Positions 6,876 through 15,868 of a stretch of 35,970 bases of DNA are shown piece after piece; position 1 is the stretch's first letter, and the number at the start of each line of letters is the position of its first letter. Made by a program: the position numbers and the translations under genes. This DNA comes from Planctomycetaceae bacterium (lineage in GTDB: Bacteria; Planctomycetota; Planctomycetia; Pirellulales; UBA1268), in NCBI GenBank assembly GCA_002862165.1, contig PKCL01000487.1, positions 1 through 35,970 of the forward strand, read 5' to 3'. A model generated the notes under the pieces. The model was not told the origin of the DNA. It did not search any database and worked only from the letters and a program-made list of their open reading frames with translations.

Positions 6876-9605
6876 TTATTCCTTACGGTCCAAGCGGAGT
6901 CTCAGGAATCCGTTGTCATCGACATCGAACTGCTCTGAGAGCATTTTCCAGCCAATTCCTTCGTCGCCTTGGCACATTGCCGAAACAAGTAGACTGCCCT
7001 CACCCTCGAAACCGTTTTCGGAAAGCGGCTCGGCAATTGCCAGCCTTCTCAGCGACGTACGAGGCCACACCACCGCACCGTTCACAACTCTTCCGACTGA
7101 GTCCGGGGCATATGTTTTTTCTTGGCTTTCTGCCCTCGACGGAGGCGTATTCATTGCAACAAGACCACATCCTGGTGGTGCGTAGGCAACAATGGGCGTC
7201 ACCTCAAATACAGACTCGAATGTCGACAAGGTACCAGCGAGCTGCTCGAATTCAGCAGCCGATCGAACAGGCACCACGATGACTTCAGGCACAACGATCG
7301 ACTTGTCTGGTTCGCTCCGAGCAAAGGTAAGCATGCCGTCTAGCTGTTCGTGCTTGGCTAACCATACTGTCACTCGACGCCGCTGGAACAACTGGTTGAA
7401 TTCTTCGGCAGACACCTTTTCCTTACAGGCTTCTACCGAAATAGAAAGCCGATGCGTCCGTCTGTCAGCAAACACACGACAAAGCGGATCGTCTTCCTCG
7501 AGTGACACAAGCAAACGATCAGACCGCCTCAATACACAGCAGGCACTGAATGCTTCGGCGGTGGCTGCATCCGTTACATCACCCTCTGCATTTCTTTTAA
7601 ATCTATCGAAAACTGCCCTCGCCGCCGTCTCTTGCAGTGCGAGACGAATAACGGCCGGACTCTGCCCGCTGGGAACAACTGGACCAAACCGCATCGTGAT
7701 GGAACGCCTGAACGGATACGGCCATTTTGTAAAAAACCTACCTTCAGAAAACGAAAAGATGCTGCCCCAAAGCCCATCGATGGCCAGTGGTACTGCAGGA
7801 GCATCAACTCGCTTCAGGATGCGCTCAAGTCCTCGCTTGAAACCGAGCAACTGACCTGTCCGGGAAATCCCACCTTCACAAAAGATTCCAATAAAATCCC
7901 CGTTCGCGAGCCCTCTTTCGATTTCATGAAGAGCCCGTGCAATCGATTTCGGATGCGGATCAAAAAGGATAAATCGCCACTGCGCAGCAAGTCGTTGCAG
8001 AAACCGACCCTTAATGTTTGGTCCATACACAACCATTCGTACTGGCCTGTGAGATGCGAGAACCACCAGAAACCCATCGAGCCACGATATATGATTGCCA
8101 ACGATAACGGCTGGCCCATGCAGCGGGAGACTTTGATTTCCGATAATGCGAAACCGATAGAGAAGCTTGATCAACCAATCCACAAACACCCGCAGGGAAG
8201 AGCGGGGGGCTGAATATATCGCGATCACTGTTGCGACCCCTGCGCATAGTGAAAAAATCAGAAAGATACCGCGTGCAGAAAACAGTGGCTCCGCCAGTTC
8301 CTCAGCACCAACAGGCATCCGTAATACGTAATAGCCTATGGATGAAATCAGCATCCCTGTAAAAACCAACAAGTTTGTCGATGCTAATGTTGCTCCCAAT
8401 TTCGCTGGGGGACTTTGTTCCTGAAGATATGCCTCAAGAGGAACGTCAAACATTCCGGCTCCAACACCGAGAAGAAAAAGCCACCATGCAGCCGACACCA
8501 TACCGACTGATGGTGACGCGTCTTGTTGGAAAATATCCTGCCTTGAAAATGCGAGTGCGAGACATGCAATGGACATAACCATTCCACCAATTGGGACGAT
8601 CCCAAGGTTCACGCTAGAGTCCGCATCAATCCCTCGGCCTGAAAGTCGGCCTGCGAGCAGGCTACCACCGCCTATGCCAATCACGAGTGCCAGAAGAAGA
8701 GGCGTCACCTGACTCTGCGAAGTGGCCCCAGATTCAAATGCATATTGATCAACATTGAGCTGCGCAACCGCCGCAATTCCCCAAAAGAAAACAATCCCAG
8801 CCGCTGCGCCGATAAGCCGGCGAGATGCACAAAGAGCACGGAGATCTTCTACCGTCTTGGAAAATCCATTTCGTGGAAACAACGCATTTGCATCAGCAGC
8901 CGGAACATTTGGTAGCCGAAGTGAAAGGACCCAGCCGAGCGTCGCCACTGAGAAAAGTGCTATTGCGGCAGGCACCGCGAACCCCCACGGAATGGTACTC
9001 AGCCACATCGGCAGCGGACGATCAAGATCGAGTTGCGGAGTCAGCCAGGTCATATCGGCCAACCAATTTCCAGCTGCCATTCCTATGAGTGTTGCAGCCA
9101 ACGAGACAAGGGCAAAAATCCCGTTTGCCGAAGACAGCTTTGCCGTCGAAACTGTTTCAGGAATGGTTCCGAGCAGACTTGGATTGAGTAATGTTGTCTG
9201 CAGACCAAAAAGTCCGACCACACCAAGAAGCAGCCAGAGCCCCAAAGGGATTCCTCCGAGTACAACTCCAGACCCAGCACCCCATGCAATTGCCACAGCT
9301 GCAAGAATACCGATGAGTACTTCTGCAAACTTCCACCGAATAACGATCGACCGCTTTGGATATCTGTCTGCCAGCCAACCTGCAAGCCACGCAAAAAGCA
9401 CAAAAGGCACGACGTAAACAGCCGTTCCGATTGCTAACACAGCAGCCGGCGCTGTACCAACTGATGCAGCTGCCCGCTTGCCAAGGCCAATAACAATCCA
9501 CCTCGCCATGTTGTCGTTCAGCACCGTGAGCGAACGAACTGCCAAAAGCGAACCAAAACCAGCTGTCGAATCAGGCGACAGACGCTCGGAGAGGGATTTT
9601 TTCAC
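6876..9605 (-). CDS. Fusion protein: MFS lysophospholipid-transporter-like domain (LplT-like) + PlsC/Aas-type acyltransferase + degenerate adenylation-domain remnant
   Basis: The N-terminal ~470 aa are multi-helix and hydrophobic, with LADRYPKRS (MFS loop motif). The middle has HX4D (VGNHISWLDGF) and FCEGGISRTG (Aas-type block). The C-terminal ~220 aa keep adenylate-forming-enzyme-like traces (DSVGRVVNGAVV; GWKMLSEQFDVDDNGFLRLRLDRKE) but no P-loop. GTG start at 9605. Confidence 0.8.
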   Translation of the reverse strand: MKKSLSERLSPDSTAGFGSLLAVRSLTVLNDNMARWIVIGLGKRAAASVGTAPAAVLAIGTAVYVVPFVLFAWLAGWLADRYPKRSIVIRWKFAEVLIGILAAVAIAWGAGSGVVLGGIPLGLWLLLGVVGLFGLQTTLLNPSLLGTIPETVSTAKLSSANGIFALVSLAATLIGMAAGNWLADMTWLTPQLDLDRPLPMWLSTIPWGFAVPAAIALFSVATLGWVLSLRLPNVPAADANALFPRNGFSKTVEDLRALCASRRLIGAAAGIVFFWGIAAVAQLNVDQYAFESGATSQSQVTPLLLALVIGIGGGSLLAGRLSGRGIDADSSVNLGIVPIGGMVMSIACLALAFSRQDIFQQDASPSVGMVSAAWWLFLLGVGAGMFDVPLEAYLQEQSPPAKLGATLASTNLLVFTGMLISSIGYYVLRMPVGAEELAEPLFSARGIFLIFSLCAGVATVIAIYSAPRSSLRVFVDWLIKLLYRFRIIGNQSLPLHGPAVIVGNHISWLDGFLVVLASHRPVRMVVYGPNIKGRFLQRLAAQWRFILFDPHPKSIARALHEIERGLANGDFIGIFCEGGISRTGQLLGFKRGLERILKRVDAPAVPLAIDGLWGSIFSFSEGRFFTKWPYPFRRSITMRFGPVVPSGQSPAVIRLALQETAARAVFDRFKRNAEGDVTDAATAEAFSACCVLRRSDRLLVSLEEDDPLCRVFADRRTHRLSISVEACKEKVSAEEFNQLFQRRRVTVWLAKHEQLDGMLTFARSEPDKSIVVPEVIVVPVRSAAEFEQLAGTLSTFESVFEVTPIVAYAPPGCGLVAMNTPPSRAESQEKTYAPDSVGRVVNGAVVWPRTSLRRLAIAEPLSENGFEGEGSLLVSAMCQGDEGIGWKMLSEQFDVDDNGFLRLRLDRKE

Positions 9606-9816
9606 GTCAGAATCCCATTATGAGGCAGAAAGTAGCGGTTCAAAATCCCTCGAAACCCGCTTATTACCAAGTTTTAAGCCAGGTGATTGACGGCGGGTTT
9701 GATCGAGGTAAACCTAACCGACAGCGGGAACTTTACCGCCCGTTTGCGAACCAAGCAACCTCTAGCGTATTCTTAGGGGTATTCACGGACACGTACACGC
9801 CATCGGAGCTGCCAAG

Positions 9817-10296
9817 ATGCAAGAGAACAAAAACTTTTCACTAAAAGCCTCGCAACGAATTTCCCTTGTGCTTCTCGCATTCGTGGCAAGTTTTTCTGGT
9901 GCCTCTTCGGCATTTTCGCAGCAAGTTGTCTACTACTCGCCAGTGGTTACCCAACCGGCTCCCTATGCCGGTAGATACATGCCTTCTGGTACGTATTCAA
10001 ACGTAACTGCGTACTCTCCTCCAGTTGCAGCAGCCGTTCCAGCAAGTTCAGTAGCAGTCACAAACTACTATGCTCCGGCGACAACAGCATATTATGCCCC
10101 TGCTGCAACCACGGCCTATTACGCGCCAACGACGACGTACTACGCCCCAAGGTCAGCTTATTACGCTCCAACCTCTGCCTATTATGCTCCAACGTCTGCT
10201 TACTATGCCCCAGCCACCTACGCGGTGCCTTACTACCGGAGAGGCCTCTTTGGCCGCTATCGCCCAGTTGGGGCCGCTGTTTACCCTGCGTACTAG
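9817..10296 (+). CDS. Small secreted Tyr/Ala/Pro/Thr-rich repeat protein (YYAP repeats)
   Basis: ATG start and signal peptide (LVLLAFVASFSGASSAFS/QQ). Seven YYAP units follow, with a basic C-terminal YYRRGLFGRYRP. Confidence 0.65.
   Translation: MQENKNFSLKASQRISLVLLAFVASFSGASSAFSQQVVYYSPVVTQPAPYAGRYMPSGTYSNVTAYSPPVAAAVPASSVAVTNYYAPATTAYYAPAATTAYYAPTTTYYAPRSAYYAPTSAYYAPTSAYYAPATYAVPYYRRGLFGRYRPVGAAVYPAY
10066..10212 (+). repeat. In-frame degenerate tandem repeat encoding 7 x (x2-4)YYAP
   Basis: Peptide: YYAPATTA YYAPAATTA YYAPTTT YYAPRSA YYAPTSA YYAPTSA YYAP. The last three 21-nt units differ mostly at synonymous positions (tat/tac, gct/gcc, cca/ccc). Confidence 0.85.
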
Positions 10297-10443
10297 AGTT
10301 CGTGCCTCGACAAAATCGATTGCGTTAAATTGCGATGCGGAGATTCTTGACCGCCCACTCAACCCATCTATAGTGGAGCGAAGTTATCTTGTCCTGTGTT
10401 CCATGGGGCAGAAAAGCGAAATCGACTTTATCGAAACCAAAAT

Positions 10444-12018
10444 ATGACACGAACAGTCACGATCGTTGGTGCGGGACCCGGTGGTCTCGCGTCTGCAATG
10501 TTATTGGCCCGAGCCGGACTGAGAGTCCGAGTTCTAGAGAGGCTCGATACACCGGGAGGGCGCACGAGTTCACTTGAGAGTGGTACAGGCTTTCGTTTCG
10601 ACCTCGGACCAACATTTTTTCTCTACCCTCGTGTTCTCTCAGATATTTTCACGAAATGTGGATATGACCTGCACAAAGAAGTCGAGATGGTCAAACTTGA
10701 CCCGCAATATCGACTTATTTTTGGCTCTGGTGGAGAACTCGTTGCAACTCCTGACCTGGCGAGAATGGAAGACGCTGTAGCTCGCCTTTCACCAAATGAT
10801 CGTGGATCATTTACACGCTTCATGACCGAAACTCGTGAAAAGTTTGTGCGATTTGCGCCATTCCTTGAAAAACCTTTTGAGCGGTGGACAGATCTGGCGA
10901 ACCCCGACCTTCTGAAACTTGTTCCTCTTTTGAAACCATGGAAAAGTCTCGACGCCGAACTAGGCCGTTTCTTTTCCGATGAAAGAATTCGTTTAGCCTT
11001 TACGTTTCAGTCAAAATATCTGGGAATGTCTCCGTTTCGATGCCCAAGCCTTTTCTCCATTCTCTCATTTCTTGAATACGAACACGGAGTGTTTCATCCG
11101 ATCGGCGGTTGCGGAGAAGTATCAGCAACAATGGCTCGTCTTGCTGAAGAAATGGGTGTGGAGATTCACTACAGCGAGCCCGTTGAATCGATGGAATTCA
11201 GTGGCAAGAAAATCACTGCAGTAACGACACCGAAAGGGCGGTATGCGGCAGACGCAACTGTCGTCAATGCTGACTTCGCCAGAGCCATGACACGATTGGT
11301 TCCGGATGCATTGCGGAAACGCTGGAGTGACAAAAAAATTGCATCTCGTCGTTTTTCATGCTCGACTTTTATGCTCTATCTAGGGCTTGACGGCTGTTAC
11401 GATTCCGTCCCCCATCACAACATCTACCTAGCAGAGAACTATCGCGATAATCTCGCCGACATTGAACGCCGACATTGCCTCAGTGCAGATCCGTCGATGT
11501 ATGTCCAGAATGCCTCTGTTACAGACCCCAGCCTAGCCCCCAAGGACATGAGCACGCTCTATGTCCTCATACCCGTCAGCCACAAGCACCCAAACATTAA
11601 TTGGAAGAAAGAAGCCCCTGCTTTTCGTGAAGTTGCGATCAATCAACTCGAAAAACTCGGAATTAAAAATGTCAGAGCACGAATTCGTTACGAAAAGATG
11701 GTCACTCCTGACGACTGGCAGGAAGAGTACGCAATCTATCGCGGTGCAACCTTCAACTTATCGCATGACCTGAATCAAATGCTGCACATGCGTCCGCATA
11801 ATCGCTTCGAAGATATCGATGGTATGTATCTCGTTGGTGGCGGCACCCACCCAGGTAGCGGACTTCCGGTTATTTACTCCTCGGCAAAAATTACAACGGA
11901 CCTGCTGCTTCGTGACCTCAACATGCCAACTGAGACAAGCGAACCATTAGAGCAAGTGAATCAACCCTGGCAGGCCCCCGTACAACTTCCCGCGGAAACC
12001 ATCGGAAGCGGCAGCTAA
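10444..12018 (+). CDS. crtN: CrtI-family FAD-dependent carotenoid desaturase, CrtN-like (4,4'-diapophytoene/squalene desaturase)
   Basis: N-terminal dinucleotide fold VTIVGAGPGGLASAMLLARAGLRVRVLERLDTPGGR and C-terminal CrtI signature YLVGGGTHPGSGLP. The first in-frame ATG is at 10444; the track start 10396 is a GTG. The CrtN assignment comes from operon context. Confidence 0.75.
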   Translation: MTRTVTIVGAGPGGLASAMLLARAGLRVRVLERLDTPGGRTSSLESGTGFRFDLGPTFFLYPRVLSDIFTKCGYDLHKEVEMVKLDPQYRLIFGSGGELVATPDLARMEDAVARLSPNDRGSFTRFMTETREKFVRFAPFLEKPFERWTDLANPDLLKLVPLLKPWKSLDAELGRFFSDERIRLAFTFQSKYLGMSPFRCPSLFSILSFLEYEHGVFHPIGGCGEVSATMARLAEEMGVEIHYSEPVESMEFSGKKITAVTTPKGRYAADATVVNADFARAMTRLVPDALRKRWSDKKIASRRFSCSTFMLYLGLDGCYDSVPHHNIYLAENYRDNLADIERRHCLSADPSMYVQNASVTDPSLAPKDMSTLYVLIPVSHKHPNINWKKEAPAFREVAINQLEKLGIKNVRARIRYEKMVTPDDWQEEYAIYRGATFNLSHDLNQMLHMRPHNRFEDIDGMYLVGGGTHPGSGLPVIYSSAKITTDLLLRDLNMPTETSEPLEQVNQPWQAPVQLPAETIGSGS

Positions 12019-12163
12019 TGCTGGTAAAGAAAGCTTGCCAGAAGCCGTAAACATAGAGCCCCACACGGCACACCTGTAAAACGTGGGTGCTTTAAATCGA
12101 GAACTTGTGTCGTTGATATTGCATAAACTCTGAGCCGAACATCATTAAGGAAAAGCACGAGCA

Positions 12164-13804
12164 ATGGACAGATCCATCAACGACATGATGAACGATCCCT
12201 CAACCGAGGAAATGACCCGGAATCTTCGTCCGAGAGCACTCAGTGATGCCGAAGTAAAGAATCAGGTGATTGTTGTCGGCGGTGGCCTAGGCGGGCTTGC
12301 AACCGCCTGCACACTTGCAGCTCGAGGTTATGCTGTAGTGCTTTGCGACAAGAACAGTTGGACCGGCGGCAAGGCTGCCGTGTATGAAGAGGGTGGTTTT
12401 CGTTTTGATATGGGGCCGACCATTCTAACGATACCTGCGGTACTCAAACGAATATTCGATGAAGCAGGGCAACCGCTTGAATCAGCACTTGATCTTGTTC
12501 CGCTCGATCCACAATGGAGAAGTTTTTTCGATGACGGTACAACTTTAGATTTGCACGCTGATGTTGAGAAGATGAAAGCTGAACTGGAACAGTTTTCGCC
12601 CGGATCAGGAGCAGGCGAAGGCTACTCCCGTTTTATGGATCTTGCCAAGAAACTCCATAAAATTTCAGATGACTTTTTTTTCTGGAAATCCATCGGTGGA
12701 CTCAAGGACATGTTCGACCCGAAGAGAAGCGTCACGGTCTCCATGCTCCGCGAAGTCATGAGAATGCGGCCAGGACATAGTGTTGCGGGAACAGTGCGGT
12801 CTTATGTTCCAGACAGCCGCGCTGCCCAGATGCTTGACCACTACACGCAATATGTTGGGAGCTGTCCAGAATCATCTCCTGCAGTCCTTTGCGGAATCGC
12901 ACATATGCAGTCGAACGACGGCGTCTGGTACCCACGCGGTGGCACAGCCGCGGTGCCAAAAGCGCTCACCAAACTCGCATTGAGCCTTGGAGTTGAGATT
13001 CGAACAAACACTGCAATCCGTCAGATTATCGTTGAAAACGGACGTGCCAGCGGCGTCCTCACTGCCGATGGTGAGACAATCAGGGGTGGAGCGGTTGTTA
13101 CAAATTCTGACAGCGTGCGAACCCACAAAGAACTACTCGATGGCCGACCACGACAGAAATTTCTTGGGCGCAGGAATTATGAACCAGCCTGCTCAGGCGT
13201 TGTTCTCTACCTTGGCCTGAATCGCCGTTACGACCAACTGCTTCACCACAACTTTGTATTCTCTGCTGATCCCCATAAAGAATTTGATGCAATCTATCGC
13301 CAGGGTGAGCCAGCCCCAGATCCCACCTGCTACGTTTGTGCCCCGGCAGCCACTGAACCCGGAGTCGCGCCACCTGGCGGAGAATCGCTCTACGTGCTTG
13401 TGCACACGCCATACCTTCGACCTCATCACAAATGGTCTGAGATGCTACCTGCGTACAGAGACCGAATCGTCGAAAAATTAAAACAAACGGCTGGCCTTGA
13501 AGATATCGAACAGCATATAGTTGTTGAACACGCACTGACTCCACAGGACATTCAAGACCGCTATCACGTTTTAGATGGGGCCATCTATGGCCTCGCGAGC
13601 CATGGCCGGTTTCTTGGAGCATTCAAGCCAGCCAATCGCTCACCCGATGTTGAAGGACTTTATTTGGCAGGCGGATCAGCCCACCCGGGACCTGGGATGC
13701 CAATGGTTCTTATGTCCGGCTGGATAGCAGGTGATTGTGTTGACCAAGATCGTATCGTTGAACCAATCGGTTCGATGAATCAAGCGGCATGCGTCGCATC
13801 GTGA
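12164..13804 (+). CDS. crtP: CrtI-family oxidase, CrtP-like (diapocarotenoid terminal oxygenase)
   Basis: VIVVGGGLGGLATACTLAARGYAVVLCDKNSWTGGKA (GGGLGG as in CrtP) and C-terminal LYLAGGSAHPGPGMP. It is followed by coupled acyltransferase and GT2 genes. Confidence 0.65.
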   Translation: MDRSINDMMNDPSTEEMTRNLRPRALSDAEVKNQVIVVGGGLGGLATACTLAARGYAVVLCDKNSWTGGKAAVYEEGGFRFDMGPTILTIPAVLKRIFDEAGQPLESALDLVPLDPQWRSFFDDGTTLDLHADVEKMKAELEQFSPGSGAGEGYSRFMDLAKKLHKISDDFFFWKSIGGLKDMFDPKRSVTVSMLREVMRMRPGHSVAGTVRSYVPDSRAAQMLDHYTQYVGSCPESSPAVLCGIAHMQSNDGVWYPRGGTAAVPKALTKLALSLGVEIRTNTAIRQIIVENGRASGVLTADGETIRGGAVVTNSDSVRTHKELLDGRPRQKFLGRRNYEPACSGVVLYLGLNRRYDQLLHHNFVFSADPHKEFDAIYRQGEPAPDPTCYVCAPAATEPGVAPPGGESLYVLVHTPYLRPHHKWSEMLPAYRDRIVEKLKQTAGLEDIEQHIVVEHALTPQDIQDRYHVLDGAIYGLASHGRFLGAFKPANRSPDVEGLYLAGGSAHPGPGMPMVLMSGWIAGDCVDQDRIVEPIGSMNQAACVAS

Positions 13805-14646
13805 ACACGCCAGAGCCATCTCAGAGCATGTCACGCACTCGAACGCCTTCTAACGCAACGTTACCACCGCACTCGCGGCGTCTTTACGACTGGTTTATGT
13901 GGTACGTCCGTGGATACTGCCGAAAACACTTTCATTCAATACGCCTCCTCAAACCTTCGGACAATCGACCTGCAGTGCCGCTTATCGAAGGCGAGTCTGT
14001 GCTTCTGTGCACGAACCATGCGAGTTGGTGGGACCCACTCATCTTCTTTTTGGTTGCACAAAAACTTTACCCTGACCGAACGAACTATGGACCAATGGAC
14101 GCAACGGCTCTTGGTCGATATTCATTTCTCAAGCGGATTGGCTTCCTAGGCATTGAGCGTGATTCATGGAAAGGCGCAGCCCGCTTTCTACGGTTTGCAA
14201 AGGCTGCCATGGAACGTAGCGATGTTCTTTTTTGGGTGACAGCACAGGGCGACTTTGTTGACCCACGACAACGGCCTGTCGACATGAAACCCGGTGTTGG
14301 TCACGCTGCTGCGAATGCAAAGCATGGATGGATCATTCCCTTCGCGGTGGAATACCCGTTTTGGAACGAACGCCTACCCGAAGCACTTGTTGCCTTCGGT
14401 ACACCCCAGCGAGTCGAACTCTACCAAGACCTTAATGCCGCCCAATGGAACAAACACCTCGCGGCCGCGCTCGAAGAAACCCAAAACGAATTACGAACTG
14501 CTGCGATTTCTCGTGACGCAAACGCCTTCATTGAACTTGCAGTGGGTACCGTCGGCATTGGAGGGGTCTACGACATCGCTCGCCGGATTCGTTCGACACT
14601 TGCCGGCCAACGCTTTAACCCGGCGCATGAACAGGACCCATCGTGA
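13789..14646 (+). CDS. PlsC-family (HX4D) acyltransferase, functional analogue of the carotenoid-glycoside acyltransferase
   Basis: HX4D motif in LLCTNHASWWDPLIF. The ATG at 13789 overlaps the crtP-like stop by 16 nt (an alternative ATG is at 13828). The 3' end overlaps the next gene as GTGA. Confidence 0.7.
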   Translation: MRRIVNTPEPSQSMSRTRTPSNATLPPHSRRLYDWFMWYVRGYCRKHFHSIRLLKPSDNRPAVPLIEGESVLLCTNHASWWDPLIFFLVAQKLYPDRTNYGPMDATALGRYSFLKRIGFLGIERDSWKGAARFLRFAKAAMERSDVLFWVTAQGDFVDPRQRPVDMKPGVGHAAANAKHGWIIPFAVEYPFWNERLPEALVAFGTPQRVELYQDLNAAQWNKHLAAALEETQNELRTAAISRDANAFIELAVGTVGIGGVYDIARRIRSTLAGQRFNPAHEQDPS

Positions 14647-15788
14647 CAGAGAGCGACTTCACACTGCTTATACTTGCCGTGCTCGCAGGCGGCCTTGCTC
14701 TTCTTCCCGCCACCTTAACCTGGAAAAATCTAGGACTCTTTCAACGCAGCCCAGACACCCACACTTCTGATCCTGTTTCAATTTTAGTACCGGTGCGAAA
14801 CGAAGCGGCTGTTCTTGATGGCTTCATTGTCAATGTGCTGGCAAGCCAAGATGTTGACTTTGAGCTTGTTGTGCTCAATGACGCTAGCACGGACTCGTCT
14901 GCTCACATTATTTCAGAATGGAGTCAACGCGATTCACGAGTGAGACTCATTCACGGAAAACCACTGCCCAACGGATGGTGCGGTAAGCAGCACGCCTGTC
15001 ACCAGTTAGCAGAAGCGGCTCACAATAATATTCTTGTATTTATCGATGCCGATGTCACCGTCCAGCCAGATGCAATCGCGAGAAGTGTTGCTTTCTTAGA
15101 AGACTCAAAGGTTGATCTCGCGAGTGGGTTTCCGCATCAGGAAACTCCAACTTTTCTTGGCTGGCTTCTATTGCCGTTAATCCATTTTGTATTACTGGGA
15201 TTCCTGCCACTTTCTCGAAGCCGTCACTCAAACAGTGCATCTCTGGCAGCCGGCTGTGGCCAACTGTTTCTCACAACACGCGACGCATACCGCAGGGCAG
15301 GCGGACACTACGCAATCAAGTCCTCTCTCCATGATGGAATCATGCTACCGAGATTGTTCCGAAGAGCAGGGCTTCGCACTGATATTTTTGACGCAAGTGA
15401 CCTCGCGTCATGCCGCATGTACGACACTAACCGAGATGTCCTGCAGGGGCTCATGAAAAATGCCACTGAGGGAATTGGATCACCGAAAACAATCATTCCT
15501 TTCACACTGCTGCTTGGAGGCGGCCAAGTCCTTCCGGCCATGCTTGTATTGATTTTTTTCTTTGGCACCGGCCAATCCAGAATGACAGGCCTTGTTATCG
15601 TTTCAAGTTTCATTTTGAGTTATTGCCCTCGCTTCCTTACACTCGCACGGTTCCGACAGAGTGTTGGCAGTGCCCTCTTTCACCCGCTCGCAGTAGGAGT
15701 CTTTCTCGGCATTCAGTGGGTAGCTTTAGGACGCCGTGCCCTAGGATTCAAAGCATCCTGGAAAGGCAGGGCACTACGCCCCCAATAG
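14643..15788 (+). CDS. crtQ: Family-2 glycosyltransferase, CrtQ-like (diapocarotenoate glycosyltransferase), membrane-bound
   Basis: ILVPVRNEAAVLDGFI...VDFELVVLNDASTDSS (GT2 nucleotide-sugar fold), a DAD motif (FIDADV) and C-terminal TM helices. The size is similar to staphylococcal CrtQ. The GTG start overlaps the upstream stop. Confidence 0.7.
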   Translation: MTESDFTLLILAVLAGGLALLPATLTWKNLGLFQRSPDTHTSDPVSILVPVRNEAAVLDGFIVNVLASQDVDFELVVLNDASTDSSAHIISEWSQRDSRVRLIHGKPLPNGWCGKQHACHQLAEAAHNNILVFIDADVTVQPDAIARSVAFLEDSKVDLASGFPHQETPTFLGWLLLPLIHFVLLGFLPLSRSRHSNSASLAAGCGQLFLTTRDAYRRAGGHYAIKSSLHDGIMLPRLFRRAGLRTDIFDASDLASCRMYDTNRDVLQGLMKNATEGIGSPKTIIPFTLLLGGGQVLPAMLVLIFFFGTGQSRMTGLVIVSSFILSYCPRFLTLARFRQSVGSALFHPLAVGVFLGIQWVALGRRALGFKASWKGRALRPQ

Positions 15789-15868
15789 GACTCGCACAGT
15801 TGGAATCGCACAACAATAGACCAAGCCTGCAATAGACCACGCCGGCGCAGGAAAAAACGCCCCTCACT

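Noticed and set aside
7192-9417. Plus-strand ORFs 7192..7854, 7632..8213 and 8755..9417 (193-220 aa) inside the LplT-PlsC gene
   Set aside because: They are antisense shadows with Ser/Arg/Ala-rich low-information sequence, while the minus-strand frame carries clear MFS and HX4D features.
12674-12681. Homopolymer runs inside genes (T8 at 12674-12681 in the crtP-like gene; A8 at 31933-31940 in the BatA_N gene) as phase-variation switches
   Set aside because: They are in frame, short, encode plausible FFF / KK residues, and nothing else suggests contingency loci.
13098-13622. The minus-strand 174-aa ORF within the crtP-like gene
   Set aside because: It is an antisense shadow, while the plus-strand frame has the FAD-binding fold and the CrtI C-terminal signature.
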